A DNA stretch of 64,000 bases from the NCBI GenBank assembly GCA_051252135.1, contig JBPOGH010000005.1, forward strand, positions 185,448 through 249,447, in the 5' to 3' direction. This document shows, piece after piece, positions 17,801 to 27,080 of the stretch. The translations under genes and the position numbers were made by a program. Below the pieces are notes generated by a model. The model was not told the origin of the DNA. It was given only the letters and a program-made list of their open reading frames with translations, and did not search any database. Each line of letters opens with the position of its first letter. Position 1 is the first letter of the stretch. The stretch comes from Verrucomicrobiaceae bacterium (lineage in GTDB: Bacteria > Verrucomicrobiota > Verrucomicrobiia > Verrucomicrobiales > Akkermansiaceae).

Positions 17801-19503
17801 AGAACCTCATCAAATACATTATGGTCGTCTTCTACAACGGCTCCTTCGATGCCCCCCTCTCAACCTTCATCGGAGCCTCCAACAACTGGTTCGCCGTCCG
17901 CAACCGGGAAACCGATGACCGCGGCTGGTCCTTCTTCGCCCATGACATGGAGCACAGCCTGGGCTCCTATGCCACAAGCCGCCAGGACCGCACCGGCCCC
18001 TTCTGGTTTGGATCAACCGCGGATCAAGAGGGCTTCGATAAATCCAACCCCCAATACATCCACCAATACCTCGCCAACAATCTGGAATACCGCATGAAGT
18101 TCGCCGACATCATCCATCGCGAGTTCTTCAATGACGGAGTCTACACCAATCAGGCCGTCCTCGCACGCTTCGGAGAACGTGAAGCCACCGTCGATCAGGT
18201 CATCGACGCCGAAGCGGCCCGCTGGGGAGATTCCAAAAGCTCCAGCAACCCGCTCGACCGAACCGAATGGGCCGCTGCCGTCAACCAACTCAAAAACTGG
18301 ACCACCGACCGGAACCTCGAAGTCCTCGCCCAGCTGAAAATCGACGACCTCTACCCGGACACTGAGGCTCCCGTCTTCTCCCAGCACGGCGGTCAAATCA
18401 ATCCCGGATTCACCCTGATGATGAACAACACCAATGGCTCGGGAACCGTCTACTACACCACCGACGGATCCGATCCCCGTGAAGTCGGAGGCGCAATCTC
18501 CGCCAGCGCCTCCTCGGGCAGCTCGGTCATCCTCAATTCAGCATCGCTCGTCCAGGCACGGGTCCGCATCAACTCCACCACCTGGTCCGCCCTCACCTCC
18601 GCCGAGTTCGCCACCGCCGGAGCACCCGGACCCGGCGACCTCGTCATCAGCGAAATCAACTACCACCCCTCCGATCCCACCCTCGCCGAACAAACCGCCG
18701 GATTTGCCAATGACGACGACTTCGAATTCATCGAACTCAGAAACACCTCGGCCAACCCCATCGACCTCACCGACGTCACCCTCGCAAACGAAGTCATCTT
18801 CGACTTCGCCACCATCAGCGATCCGAACGACCGCATCCTCGGCTCTGGCCAAACCATCGTCATCGCCCGCAGAATCGATGGCTTCTCGGAACGCTACCCC
18901 GCTATCCCGGTCTTCGGACCCTGGGACGGACAACTGTCGAACAACACCGGAACCGTCGACGTTCTGCTCAATGGCTCCACCCTCCTCTTCTCGTTGACCT
19001 ACATCGATGATTCCGGATGGCCCGAATCCGCGGATGGTGATGGCTACACCCTCGTCCTCGTCGACAGCACGATGCCCAACGACCCCAATTCCTGGCGCCT
19101 GAGCAAGACCCTCCTCGGCAACCCCAACGCTTCCGATACCGAGCTCTTCACCGGCCTCCCCAATGGCGACGATAACAACAACGGCATCAATAATCTCCTC
19201 GAAGCGGTCCTCCGCGATGGCTCAGGAACTTATGTCCACCCCACCGTTGCACTCGCAACCTATGATCTCGGTGACGGCCCCAAGGAATACCTCACCCTCT
19301 CCCTTCAACGCTACCTTCCGGTCGACAATGCCGTCCTTACCGTCGAGCACGCCACCAACCTGCTCGGCTGGACCAGTGCCGATGTCCAAAAAATCTCCTC
19401 CGTCCCTCTCGGCGACGGCACAGTCACCGAAGTCTACCGCCTCATGACTCCAATCACCTCTGACCCCAAGGACTTCATGCGGGTCAAGGTCACCCTTAAC
19501 TAA
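14869..19503 (+). CDS. Large secreted multidomain protein: LamG, Ig-like, lamin-tail, chitobiase-C/Fn3-like and CotH kinase domains
   Basis: Signal peptide; LamG (DGAWHHI, GLIDDV); IITEFLAGN..DWIQL and VISEINYHP lamin-tail; IYYTTDGSEP twice; CotH-like GIRIRGG.SR, LYLNGVYWGL, HDME. Confidence 0.85.
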   Translation: MTKLLSLLALIPGILCANSTDSLVSYWALEDNLNDTAAAGSSTDNGSWIGAADYDPGKFGQAIEAKGNTYVSVPDSADLRGSSSTISISTWFRVVTFDTNWQALIAKGENSNWRLARRGSTSEMAYAGGSGDISGGSVNDGAWHHILGVSEAGIETRLYIDGVLIETGSAPNINDSGSEMFIGNNPGSPGRGWKGLIDDVGIFNSALNDHQAAAIYELGNNSTYLYSLDQINELFKLGQCPAGTTALINNQGWEAVSADPNDGRFYVQLADTGSGVVGSNGPTINFFTTPHTSVPAGTPLTFTWDVDPSATLLILAPGVGNVTGTTSYTFDPGPSVDTEYKLSAVGPTGTNTRIVNVTVTDQPIIEQFNATPPLLSAGESTTLEWQTYNTTSATLDGTPVALNGTSVVSPSSTTSYTLAVTNANGSTTKTITVPVVIPGEPIITEFLAGNNGTLLDEDGDASDWIQLTNETTTTTTINGNYFLTDDPADLQKWTIPNQTIAPGASVRYFATGKIGTTEPHANFSLKTEGEYLALVKVDGGITTILSEFNDYPNQFLDISYGIFPDLLTYGYFATPTPNGPNTGVTYLDYVRDTSFSVNRGFYTSTQSVAITSSTTDAEIYYTTDGSEPSATNGTLYTAPISIATTTTLRAIGTKTDFLPTNIDTHTYIFTADVVSQPTNPPGWPTGSVNGQIMDYAMDPGSAVSSSEAEIIEALESIPTWSIVTDQGNLTDPATGIYVRPGNRGIAWERPASLEMILPPGYVSPDGLTTGFQSDLGIRIRGGASRSTSNPKHAFRMFFRRDYGNRSLNFPLFGPSGTDQFGGIDIRTAQNYSWSFKSPGNVNGNNDNSNKNTFMREVFARDTQRDLGETHTRSRYIHLYLNGVYWGLFMTQERAEAEFAEQYLGGNDNDYDTIKSAGSSAGYSTEATDGNNADWMAGYNLAINVSKASGTNNSDYFAIQGFNSSGIPDPLVPTHIDVENLIKYIMVVFYNGSFDAPLSTFIGASNNWFAVRNRETDDRGWSFFAHDMEHSLGSYATSRQDRTGPFWFGSTADQEGFDKSNPQYIHQYLANNLEYRMKFADIIHREFFNDGVYTNQAVLARFGEREATVDQVIDAEAARWGDSKSSSNPLDRTEWAAAVNQLKNWTTDRNLEVLAQLKIDDLYPDTEAPVFSQHGGQINPGFTLMMNNTNGSGTVYYTTDGSDPREVGGAISASASSGSSVILNSASLVQARVRINSTTWSALTSAEFATAGAPGPGDLVISEINYHPSDPTLAEQTAGFANDDDFEFIELRNTSANPIDLTDVTLANEVIFDFATISDPNDRILGSGQTIVIARRIDGFSERYPAIPVFGPWDGQLSNNTGTVDVLLNGSTLLFSLTYIDDSGWPESADGDGYTLVLVDSTMPNDPNSWRLSKTLLGNPNASDTELFTGLPNGDDNNNGINNLLEAVLRDGSGTYVHPTVALATYDLGDGPKEYLTLSLQRYLPVDNAVLTVEHATNLLGWTSADVQKISSVPLGDGTVTEVYRLMTPITSDPKDFMRVKVTLN

Positions 19504-19568
19504 TGCAACACAACTGCATTAGCAGTTGACTCGCCCTTCTCATAACGCAAATTACCTGCGTTATGAGA
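19501..19568. promoter_or_regulatory. Two palindromic operators (Zur/Fur-like) at the metal ABC operon
   Basis: TAATGCA-N7-TGCATTA (19501-21) and TCTCATAACGCA-N7-TGCGTTATGAGA (19538-68), with TTGACT (19526-31) between them. Confidence 0.7.
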
Positions 19569-20432
19569 TTCCTTGCTCTCTTCCTCGCCATCCTTGGCCC
19601 GCTCCAGGCCCTCGATGTTGCCAGCCTTCACCCCCTCATCACCGAGGCCGTCAAACAAGTCGGTGGTGATCGCGTTCGTATTGTCGAAATCGGCAAGCCC
19701 GGAATGGCCGTCCACAAGTTCCAGCCTCGCGCAGCCGACATTAAAAAACTCAAAAACGTCAGACTCGTCTTCGCCTCCGGCAAGGGACTGGAACCCTACC
19801 TTGGTGACCTCGGGGATTCCCTCACCGGCGGACAAACCATCATCGAGGTCGGCCGCACCATCCCTTCCCAAAAAATCTCGGCCGAAGACGAAATCTACGC
19901 CTGCTGCCCCCACCACGCGGAAGGGGGCATCGATCCCCACTGGTGGCACAACGTCCGCCACATGGAACGCGCCCTCCGCGTCATCGAACAAAAACTCGCT
20001 GCCGTCGATCCGGAGGGGGCCACCTACTACGCCGCCCGCTCCAAGACCGCACGCGCCGCCATCCGTGACCTCGATCAATGGGTCAAAACCCAAATCTCCA
20101 CCATTCCCCGCGCCCGCCGTCACCTCGTCACCGCCCACGCCGCCTTCGGCTATTTCTGCAAAGCCTACGGATTCAAGGCCACCTTCGTCCAGGGCCTCAG
20201 CGCCCAAGGGGAAGTCCCCGCCAAACAACTCGCCCTCTCCATCGCCGAACTCAAAGCAGCAGGCATCCCCACCGTCTTCCCGGAACAACAGGCCAACCCC
20301 AAAATCCTCGCCCAAATCGCCCGCGAGTCCGGCTCAAAAATCGGAGCCCCCCTCATCGCCGACGGATCGGTCGCAAGCTACCAAAAAATGATCCGCACCA
20401 ATGTCACCAACATCGTGAACGGCCTCAAATAA
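19563..20432 (+). CDS. znuA: Zn/Mn ABC transporter substrate-binding protein
   Basis: VHKFQP, GKGLEP, IDPHWW, LVTAHAAFGYF; metal specificity is inferred. Confidence 0.85.
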   Translation: MRFLALFLAILGPLQALDVASLHPLITEAVKQVGGDRVRIVEIGKPGMAVHKFQPRAADIKKLKNVRLVFASGKGLEPYLGDLGDSLTGGQTIIEVGRTIPSQKISAEDEIYACCPHHAEGGIDPHWWHNVRHMERALRVIEQKLAAVDPEGATYYAARSKTARAAIRDLDQWVKTQISTIPRARRHLVTAHAAFGYFCKAYGFKATFVQGLSAQGEVPAKQLALSIAELKAAGIPTVFPEQQANPKILAQIARESGSKIGAPLIADGSVASYQKMIRTNVTNIVNGLK

Positions 20433-20839
20433 TGACCATCAACCCCATCCTGAGCACCCTCCTCGCGCTCCTCCCCCTGCTCGCGATGGCAGTCCCGCTC
20501 GCAAAAGTCCTCTCGCCCGATCCTGTCGAGCAGGCCCCCGTTCCAACGGAACAACAATCATCCGCCCTCATCCGCACCGATGTCCTTATCCGCTCGGCCC
20601 ACCCCTTTACCAAAGTCACCCTAAACGACGTGACCATCGGCGGAGACCAATCCGAAGCCGAACTCCAACTCGATCCAACCATCCCCCTCACCATCGATGT
20701 CGAATGGCCCCCGGGCACTCCCGAATCAGCCCTCTTCATCGAGCTCATCCCCGATGGTCTCGAAATGAAAAACCACACCATCTGGGGAACCGAAAACGCC
20801 TTCGAAGAAGTGACATTCAACTGGAAGGAACAACCCTGA
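20432..20839 (+). CDS. Hypothetical exported/membrane-anchored protein in the metal ABC operon
   Basis: ATG overlaps the znuA stop and its TGA overlaps the znuC ATG; N-terminal hydrophobic helix. Confidence 0.7.
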   Translation: MTINPILSTLLALLPLLAMAVPLAKVLSPDPVEQAPVPTEQQSSALIRTDVLIRSAHPFTKVTLNDVTIGGDQSEAELQLDPTIPLTIDVEWPPGTPESALFIELIPDGLEMKNHTIWGTENAFEEVTFNWKEQP

Positions 20840-21612
20840 TGGCCCACGAACACCACCAGCTCAACCTCACCTCCGTTGCCTATTCCTACGGTGCCAAACG
20901 GGCCCTCGCAGAGGTCAATTTCTCCGCCCACTGCGGCCAGCGCCTCGCCCTTCTCGGTCCCAATGGCGCCGGCAAATCCACCCTCATCCGACTCCTCGCC
21001 GGACTCCTCAAACCTCAGGAAGGCGATATTCAATGGCGCAACGCCCCCATCGCCCAAGCCCAGCGGGAAATCGCCTACCTCCCCCAGGTCGACCACCACC
21101 AAAAAAACTTCCCCCTCCGCGTCCGCGATATCGTCGCCATGGGCCGCTTCCCCCACCTCGGACACTTCAAACGCTTCTCCTCCAAAGATCGCGACATGAC
21201 CGAGCGCGCCATCGCCACCATGCAGCTCGAGCCAATCGCCGATCGCCAAATCGACCAACTCTCCGGCGGCCAGCAACAACGCACCTACATCGCCCGCGCC
21301 CTCGCCCAGGAAGCTCACGTCCTCCTTCTCGACGAACCCTTCAACGGACTCGATATCGAGAGCCGCTGCCACCTCTCCGCCAGCCTCATCGACCTCTCCA
21401 ATACCGGCCACCTCATCATCGCCTCCCACCATCAACTCGAAAGCGTCACCGATATCTTCACCCACGCCCTCGTCCTCGATACCAAACAACTCACCTTCGG
21501 CGATGCCCAAACCGTCATGAAAAGTGACCAGGTCCGTGAAACCCTCCACGCCTGCCACCCCCGTCACTCCCATCCCGTGACCGACCCCACCAAAACCTCC
21601 TGCTGCTCATGA
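20839..21612 (+). CDS. znuC: Zn/Mn ABC transporter ATP-binding protein
   Basis: GPNGAGKST, YLPQ, LSGGQQQR, LLLDEP; His/Cys-rich tail HACHPRHSH...CCS. Confidence 0.88.
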   Translation: MAHEHHQLNLTSVAYSYGAKRALAEVNFSAHCGQRLALLGPNGAGKSTLIRLLAGLLKPQEGDIQWRNAPIAQAQREIAYLPQVDHHQKNFPLRVRDIVAMGRFPHLGHFKRFSSKDRDMTERAIATMQLEPIADRQIDQLSGGQQQRTYIARALAQEAHVLLLDEPFNGLDIESRCHLSASLIDLSNTGHLIIASHHQLESVTDIFTHALVLDTKQLTFGDAQTVMKSDQVRETLHACHPRHSHPVTDPTKTSCCS

Positions 21613-22424
21613 CCGACCTCTTCGAGCTCAGCCTCTTCCAGCGCGCCCTCGTCGCAGCCATCATCATCGGCTTCGTCAATGGCTACACCAGCGCCTTCGT
21701 CCTCCTCCACCGGAGCCCCCTGAAGCTCGCCGCCTTCAGCCACAGCCTCCTCCCCGGCGTCGCCATCGCTGCCACTCTCGCCACCCTCACCGCCATCACC
21801 GCCTTCATGGGCGCCCTCGTCGCCGCCGTCATCATCGGACTCCTCACCATCCTTCTTTCCCGAATTTCAAAAATCAACGATGAGACCGTTCTCGCCGTCC
21901 TCTACACCGGAGCCTTCGCCATCGGCATCATCGTCCTCAACAACATTGGCTCCAATCAGGAACTCGATAACTGGCTCCTCGGAAACATCATCGCCCTCTC
22001 CGATCTCGACCTCGTCATGAGCCACCTCGTTGGCCTCATCGCCATCACCTTCTTCACCCTCTTCCGTCGTGCCCTCGTCATCAACCTCTTCGATCCCGAG
22101 GTCGCCGCAAGCCTGGGCGTAAAAACCCGGACCCTCGACTACCTCAGCTTCGTCATCCTCATCCTCGTCCTCATCACCACCCTCCAGGCCGTCGGCTGCG
22201 TCCTCGCCGTTGGCCTCATCGTCACCCCTGCCGCCATCGCCCGCCCCCTCGCCTCCACCCCCGGCGCCCTCTTCCCGCTCAGCGGACTCGTCGGAGCCAT
22301 CGGATGTGCCGGTGGCCTCATCACCAGCTTTCACTTCGATCTCCCGCCCGGCGCCAGCATCACCCTCGCCCTGACCACGCTGTTCCTGATCTCCGTGCTC
22401 GTTCAGGTCAAAAAACGCTCCTAG
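21609..22424 (+). CDS. znuB: Zn/Mn ABC transporter permease
   Basis: FSHSLLPGVA, FDPEVAASLG, QAVG..L.VGLIVTPAA. Confidence 0.88.
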   Translation: MTDLFELSLFQRALVAAIIIGFVNGYTSAFVLLHRSPLKLAAFSHSLLPGVAIAATLATLTAITAFMGALVAAVIIGLLTILLSRISKINDETVLAVLYTGAFAIGIIVLNNIGSNQELDNWLLGNIIALSDLDLVMSHLVGLIAITFFTLFRRALVINLFDPEVAASLGVKTRTLDYLSFVILILVLITTLQAVGCVLAVGLIVTPAAIARPLASTPGALFPLSGLVGAIGCAGGLITSFHFDLPPGASITLALTTLFLISVLVQVKKRS

Positions 22425-22569
22425 TCACCGAGCGGGACGCACTCCAATCACCTCCTATTGCTGGCGCGTTGGATGAAATTTTGAAATTATTATTAATGAT
22501 GTGAATTAGGTTTTGTTGATATTCACATAAAATAAAATATAAAGATGGCCTTAATAAACCTCTCCTTCT

Positions 22570-23541
22570 TTGTTGAGCAACCGTTTAGCCCATCTGCCCA
22601 TCACGAAGTCCGGTCTTCCGGTCTCTCTTTCCGCCCTCTTTTTTGCATCGGCGGCCGACGCGCAAACTCTTCATCTCTCCTGGACTCAAGAAATCGGAAG
22701 TTCCGGAACTTCCGGCGACGGAGTCCACGTAAACAGTTTTCTCGACACCTCAAACATCGGATCGGATGGATCCGCTAACTCCCTCCCCGTAGGAAGCTTG
22801 CTAAGCCATGGCAAGATCTTCGATGGCATCGATACCGTTGATTACGTCGTCACCCTCGCTTCAAGCAACAACCCCCTCCAGGCTTCAGCCGAAAATAACG
22901 CCTTCGTGATCCATGGCGATAAGTCCGCCGACTTCTACTCCGCCAGCTTCGGCAGCTTTGGCCGGAATTCCGATGGCGGCACCTTCGCCGATAACGGAAA
23001 CGTCGCCTTGGCCATCTCATTCTTTGAAGAGGATTCCTACAATCCCCTCACCGCTTCGGGAACCCCCACCGATTCACGCCTCGCCATCAAATCAATCAAC
23101 AACCAACCCTCGGATGTCGGAGGCGCCGCCATCGGACTCCTCTCCACCGACGAATTCTACGATGTCGACTGGATCGGCGATCTTGAGGTAGAGGAACTCT
23201 TTGATTTTAACGACCAAATCACCACAAACTCCGTCCCCGGATCAACCACTCTGGAGACCTACAGCGGATCCGTCGTCGGTAGCACAGGCGAAACAGACCC
23301 CGGAACAGGGGGCATCACCGACCCGCTCAATTCCCAACTCCGGCTTGAATTCAAAACCAGTCACGATGTCTCGGAAGCATCCTGGCAGGTCCAACTCGGC
23401 AGCTCCCAACAATACATCGTCACCCGAACCGGCGACCCCGGCAAACGCAGCGGAATCGGATTCACCGCCGTCCCCGAACCATCATCAACTCTCCTTGTGA
23501 CCCTCGGAAGCACCTTCCTTCTTCGCCGTCGCCGCCGATAG
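22570..23541 (+). CDS. PEP-CTERM sorting domain protein
   Basis: C-terminal VPEPSS-hydrophobic-RRRRR; signal-like N-terminus; exact start uncertain. Confidence 0.85.
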   Translation: MLSNRLAHLPITKSGLPVSLSALFFASAADAQTLHLSWTQEIGSSGTSGDGVHVNSFLDTSNIGSDGSANSLPVGSLLSHGKIFDGIDTVDYVVTLASSNNPLQASAENNAFVIHGDKSADFYSASFGSFGRNSDGGTFADNGNVALAISFFEEDSYNPLTASGTPTDSRLAIKSINNQPSDVGGAAIGLLSTDEFYDVDWIGDLEVEELFDFNDQITTNSVPGSTTLETYSGSVVGSTGETDPGTGGITDPLNSQLRLEFKTSHDVSEASWQVQLGSSQQYIVTRTGDPGKRSGIGFTAVPEPSSTLLVTLGSTFLLRRRRR

Positions 23542-25683
23542 CTTGATTTTCTCCCGCGCTGATTCCACAAGCCGGTCCAATTCCTCAGTCCCCGGCTCCG
23601 AACTCCCGGGATTAAACCGGAGTTCCTGATACGTCGCCACCAATTCGGGAGCATATTGCTCCAGCCACACCCCCATCGGCATCCCTGCGGGTCGGGAACC
23701 AAAACGCCGCACCAGCCACCGCTCAAATTCCCTCAGCGGATTCCCTTCCACCGCCCGCCTCTCCCAACTCGTCGCACTCATTCCTCCTCGCCGACCACCC
23801 GTCGTCCACAAACGATAAATCACATTCAAAATGATGAAAATCAGCCCCCCGATAAGTACCACCTTCGTGATCAACGCCACCGTCGGACGCGCAAACCACA
23901 CAATGAGATCGGCCTGAAACATCTGCCACCAATCGGACACCTTCTGCCCCCAGGTCATCTCCGGCATCGCATCCCCCAACCAATCCGGCGGAGTAAAATC
24001 CAACTCCACCCATTCCCCGCCACGACACCGCCACACCGGTTCCTTCCCCTCCTCCGCCTCATTCACCCACGTCCCACCCAGATAAGCCTGCGCCCACGCA
24101 TGCGCATGCCGCCCCCGGAGAATCCACTCCCCCGGTTCATCACCCTGTTCATCCACCGCATAACCCACCACATAACGGGTCGGAATCTCCGCCCGCCTCA
24201 AAAGAAGCGCCGTCGATGCCGCAAAGTACTCGCAATGCCCCTTCTTCATCTCCGTTAAAAAATGTGTCACCGCCGGCTTGTTTCGATTCGGCCGCAGCTC
24301 CAGCGAATATTCAAAATCCCTCATAAACGCCGCCCGCAGTAGGGTGTACAGCACTTCCTGCTCTCGTCGATCCGGCGTCGGAGGCTCCCAATCCCTCCCC
24401 ACCTTGCCACGCCGTTCCAGAGTCCATTTCCGAAGATCATCCACTCCAAGCCTCTCCCAAAAATCGGTCACCCCCTTCAGCTCATTAAGAGGCAGCAGCA
24501 TATCCCTCAAGGTCGGATCAAGCGCCCCCGTCGAAATCACATCCGGCTCTCCCGAGACGATCTCAATCTCCAGCGCGCCATGAGCCGGATCACTCAAGCG
24601 CGCCGTCCCGAGCGAACTTCCCTCCACTCCCTCAACCGAAAGGTTTCGAAAATACCGCGGATTCCTGGGCATCGGAATCAACGCCCCATCATCCACCAAC
24701 CCCACCACCCGGCCCCTCACCGGCCAGTCTTTCTCCTCATCACCCGGCTCATACAAATGATCCTGCTCCCGCTTGTGCAAAGTCTCAAAGTCACCACCCA
24801 CATCCCGATCCACATCGATCTTTTCCCGCAGCGCCGATGACCGCCGCCCGGCCTTCCAAAAATTCGGTCCCGGAATATTATACACCGCCATCCGCAGCCG
24901 CTTCGGCGCCTTCCCCTCATCCTGATAATACCGCCAATCCACTTTCGGACTCAGCTGCAAATCACGCACCTTCCCCATCGATGTCTCCACCTCCCGCGCA
25001 TCCTCAAAGTTCTCACTCTGCGCATACCGCCCCGAGCTCACGATTCCGTAAATCTCATAAACCGCCCACGAAAGACCCACCGCTAAAACCACCGACACCA
25101 AATAAGCCATCCCCCACGCCACCGGCCTCACCTGCCGCTCACGCATAAAATACAAACCAATCCCAAAAATCACCGCCACCCCAACCCCGAATCCCACCAC
25201 ACTCCGCAGACCCAATCCCGACGACACCAGGATCAACCCCACAAACGGAAACCCGATCTGGCACGGCTTCACCTTCACCGCCCGTCCCTCACGCCGGTCC
25301 TGATTGATCTTCCTCCGCGCAAAATACGAGAACGACGTCAGCGGCACCCCCCGATCGGACGCATACTGCTGCGCCAAACCCAACGGCAAAAAGATAAACG
25401 GCAACCACGAGAGCAACTCCAGCGACGCCTCCGCCGTCGGCTCCTCATCCGAGGCGAAAAACCGCACCGCCACCACAATCAGCACAATCACACAAAGCTG
25501 CCACGCCCGCACAAATCCCTTCTCCCCGAACTCCCAACGCAGGTTCGTCCAATGCCGCGCCTCCATCAAAATCGCCGTCACCAACCCCACAAAAGGATAC
25601 TCCCCCATCGCACCCCAAAAAAGAAAGGCCACCCCCAGCAACAAGCGGGGCGGAGCTTTCAACATGACCTTTTCTTCTTCCAT
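23485..25683 (-). CDS. Membrane protein with transglutaminase-like domain
   Basis: N-terminal TM helices; GHCEYFAA, RYVVGY, HAHAWAQAY, DFTPP. Confidence 0.88.
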   Translation of the reverse strand: MEEEKVMLKAPPRLLLGVAFLFWGAMGEYPFVGLVTAILMEARHWTNLRWEFGEKGFVRAWQLCVIVLIVVAVRFFASDEEPTAEASLELLSWLPFIFLPLGLAQQYASDRGVPLTSFSYFARRKINQDRREGRAVKVKPCQIGFPFVGLILVSSGLGLRSVVGFGVGVAVIFGIGLYFMRERQVRPVAWGMAYLVSVVLAVGLSWAVYEIYGIVSSGRYAQSENFEDAREVETSMGKVRDLQLSPKVDWRYYQDEGKAPKRLRMAVYNIPGPNFWKAGRRSSALREKIDVDRDVGGDFETLHKREQDHLYEPGDEEKDWPVRGRVVGLVDDGALIPMPRNPRYFRNLSVEGVEGSSLGTARLSDPAHGALEIEIVSGEPDVISTGALDPTLRDMLLPLNELKGVTDFWERLGVDDLRKWTLERRGKVGRDWEPPTPDRREQEVLYTLLRAAFMRDFEYSLELRPNRNKPAVTHFLTEMKKGHCEYFAASTALLLRRAEIPTRYVVGYAVDEQGDEPGEWILRGRHAHAWAQAYLGGTWVNEAEEGKEPVWRCRGGEWVELDFTPPDWLGDAMPEMTWGQKVSDWWQMFQADLIVWFARPTVALITKVVLIGGLIFIILNVIYRLWTTGGRRGGMSATSWERRAVEGNPLREFERWLVRRFGSRPAGMPMGVWLEQYAPELVATYQELRFNPGSSEPGTEELDRLVESAREKIKLSAATAKKEGASEGHKES

Positions 25684-27080
25684 CAGCTCATCAATAAATC
25701 CTCCTGCACGTGATCCCAGCGGAGCCAATGCATCCCGCGCGCCTCCTCCGGAGCCTCTCCCGCTCCAATCACATAAACATGAACCTCCAGCCCGGCAAGT
25801 CGTAACAATTCCACAAAATTCCGCCGCTCCTCACTCCACCCGCTCAGCACCACCACACACGCCGTCATCTCCGACGCATAGCGCAACACCAACCCCTTCA
25901 GCTGATCATACTTCTCCACCTCACTCCCCTCAACCCGCGCCAGCACCTCCATCAGCTTCTCCGCCCTCGCCACCCCGCGGCCCGCCGTAAACACCACCGG
26001 CGAATCGTGCACAAACATCAAGTCCAACAGACACCGGTTCCGATCCATCGTCGACACAAAGCTCGCCGCCACCGACACCGCCTCTTCAAAAAGACCCGGC
26101 CCGCTCGACCTCAAGCTCGTATCCAGCACCAACCCGTAGCGGGGAAACCTCGCCTCCTCATTCTCCTTCACAATCGGCTCCCCTGTCCGCGCCCACGCCT
26201 TCCAGTCGATTTTGCGCAACGAGTCACCCTGTTGATACTCCCGCAACCCCAAAAACTCACCGCCCTCACCTCGCACATTCGATGCCGTCTCACCGCCCAC
26301 CTTCAACTCCGACTTCCCCTGCAACCGCAGTTCCGGCAACCGGTAACGCCTCGGGATCACCACAATCTCATCCATCGACCCGCTCGTCTTCCGGCACCTC
26401 CGAAAAAATCCAAAAGGATCCGGCAGCTCCACCCGCACATCATTCAATCGCAATACCCCCCTCCGGTTGGGCAGCAATGACAACCGCGTCTCCACCGACT
26501 TCCCGCGCCCCACCACCAACCCCTTGCTCCGGCCCAAACTCCTCCAACGCCCGCCCCGGTCCGTCAGCCACTTCCATCGGTAAAAAGCAAAAACCCGATC
26601 CCATATGTTCCTCTTCTCCTCACCCGGCTCCTTCAAATTCAAAAACTCCCACTCCGTCGGCCGGGGATCATCACCCGTCTCCCGTAGAAAAATATCCCGT
26701 AAAATACTCCGGCCCTCGTTCGTCACCCGCACCGAATACTTCAGCGCCTCTCCGACTGATCCCGACCTCGGCACCTCGCGCACAACCGACACCTTCGCCC
26801 TCCTCAAAAACGCCCAAATCAACCCCACCCCCAGAAGCCCGGTCAGCAGCGCCGAAAACATCACCACCACACTCTGGTTCACATTCGCACCCAGCATCAT
26901 GCTGATCAGCAGCAGCCCCATCAAAAACCACGCCAGCGGCGTAACCCGTCTCCTTACAAAAAATCCGACCGCACTTCCGGAGCGGTAGTTCTTGCAGAGC
27001 CACCGGTAAAAAAAGCGGCTACCTCCCGTCATTTCCATCACCTTAACAAAACCATAGGAACTGCCTCCCCGCAAGATCAC
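25683..27080 (-). CDS. DUF58 domain protein
   Basis: DPFG, GEFLGLREYQQGDSLRKIDWKAWAR; lies between moxR and the transglutaminase gene. Confidence 0.9.
   Translation of the reverse strand: MILRGGSSYGFVKVMEMTGGSRFFYRWLCKNYRSGSAVGFFVRRRVTPLAWFLMGLLLISMMLGANVNQSVVVMFSALLTGLLGVGLIWAFLRRAKVSVVREVPRSGSVGEALKYSVRVTNEGRSILRDIFLRETGDDPRPTEWEFLNLKEPGEEKRNIWDRVFAFYRWKWLTDRGGRWRSLGRSKGLVVGRGKSVETRLSLLPNRRGVLRLNDVRVELPDPFGFFRRCRKTSGSMDEIVVIPRRYRLPELRLQGKSELKVGGETASNVRGEGGEFLGLREYQQGDSLRKIDWKAWARTGEPIVKENEEARFPRYGLVLDTSLRSSGPGLFEEAVSVAASFVSTMDRNRCLLDLMFVHDSPVVFTAGRGVARAEKLMEVLARVEGSEVEKYDQLKGLVLRYASEMTACVVVLSGWSEERRNFVELLRLAGLEVHVYVIGAGEAPEEARGMHWLRWDHVQEDLLMS

Noticed and set aside
21600..21612. Possible Sec read-through at the znuC C-terminus (CCS-TGA)
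   Set aside because: The TGA overlaps the znuB ATG (ATGA coupling), and I see no conserved continuation.
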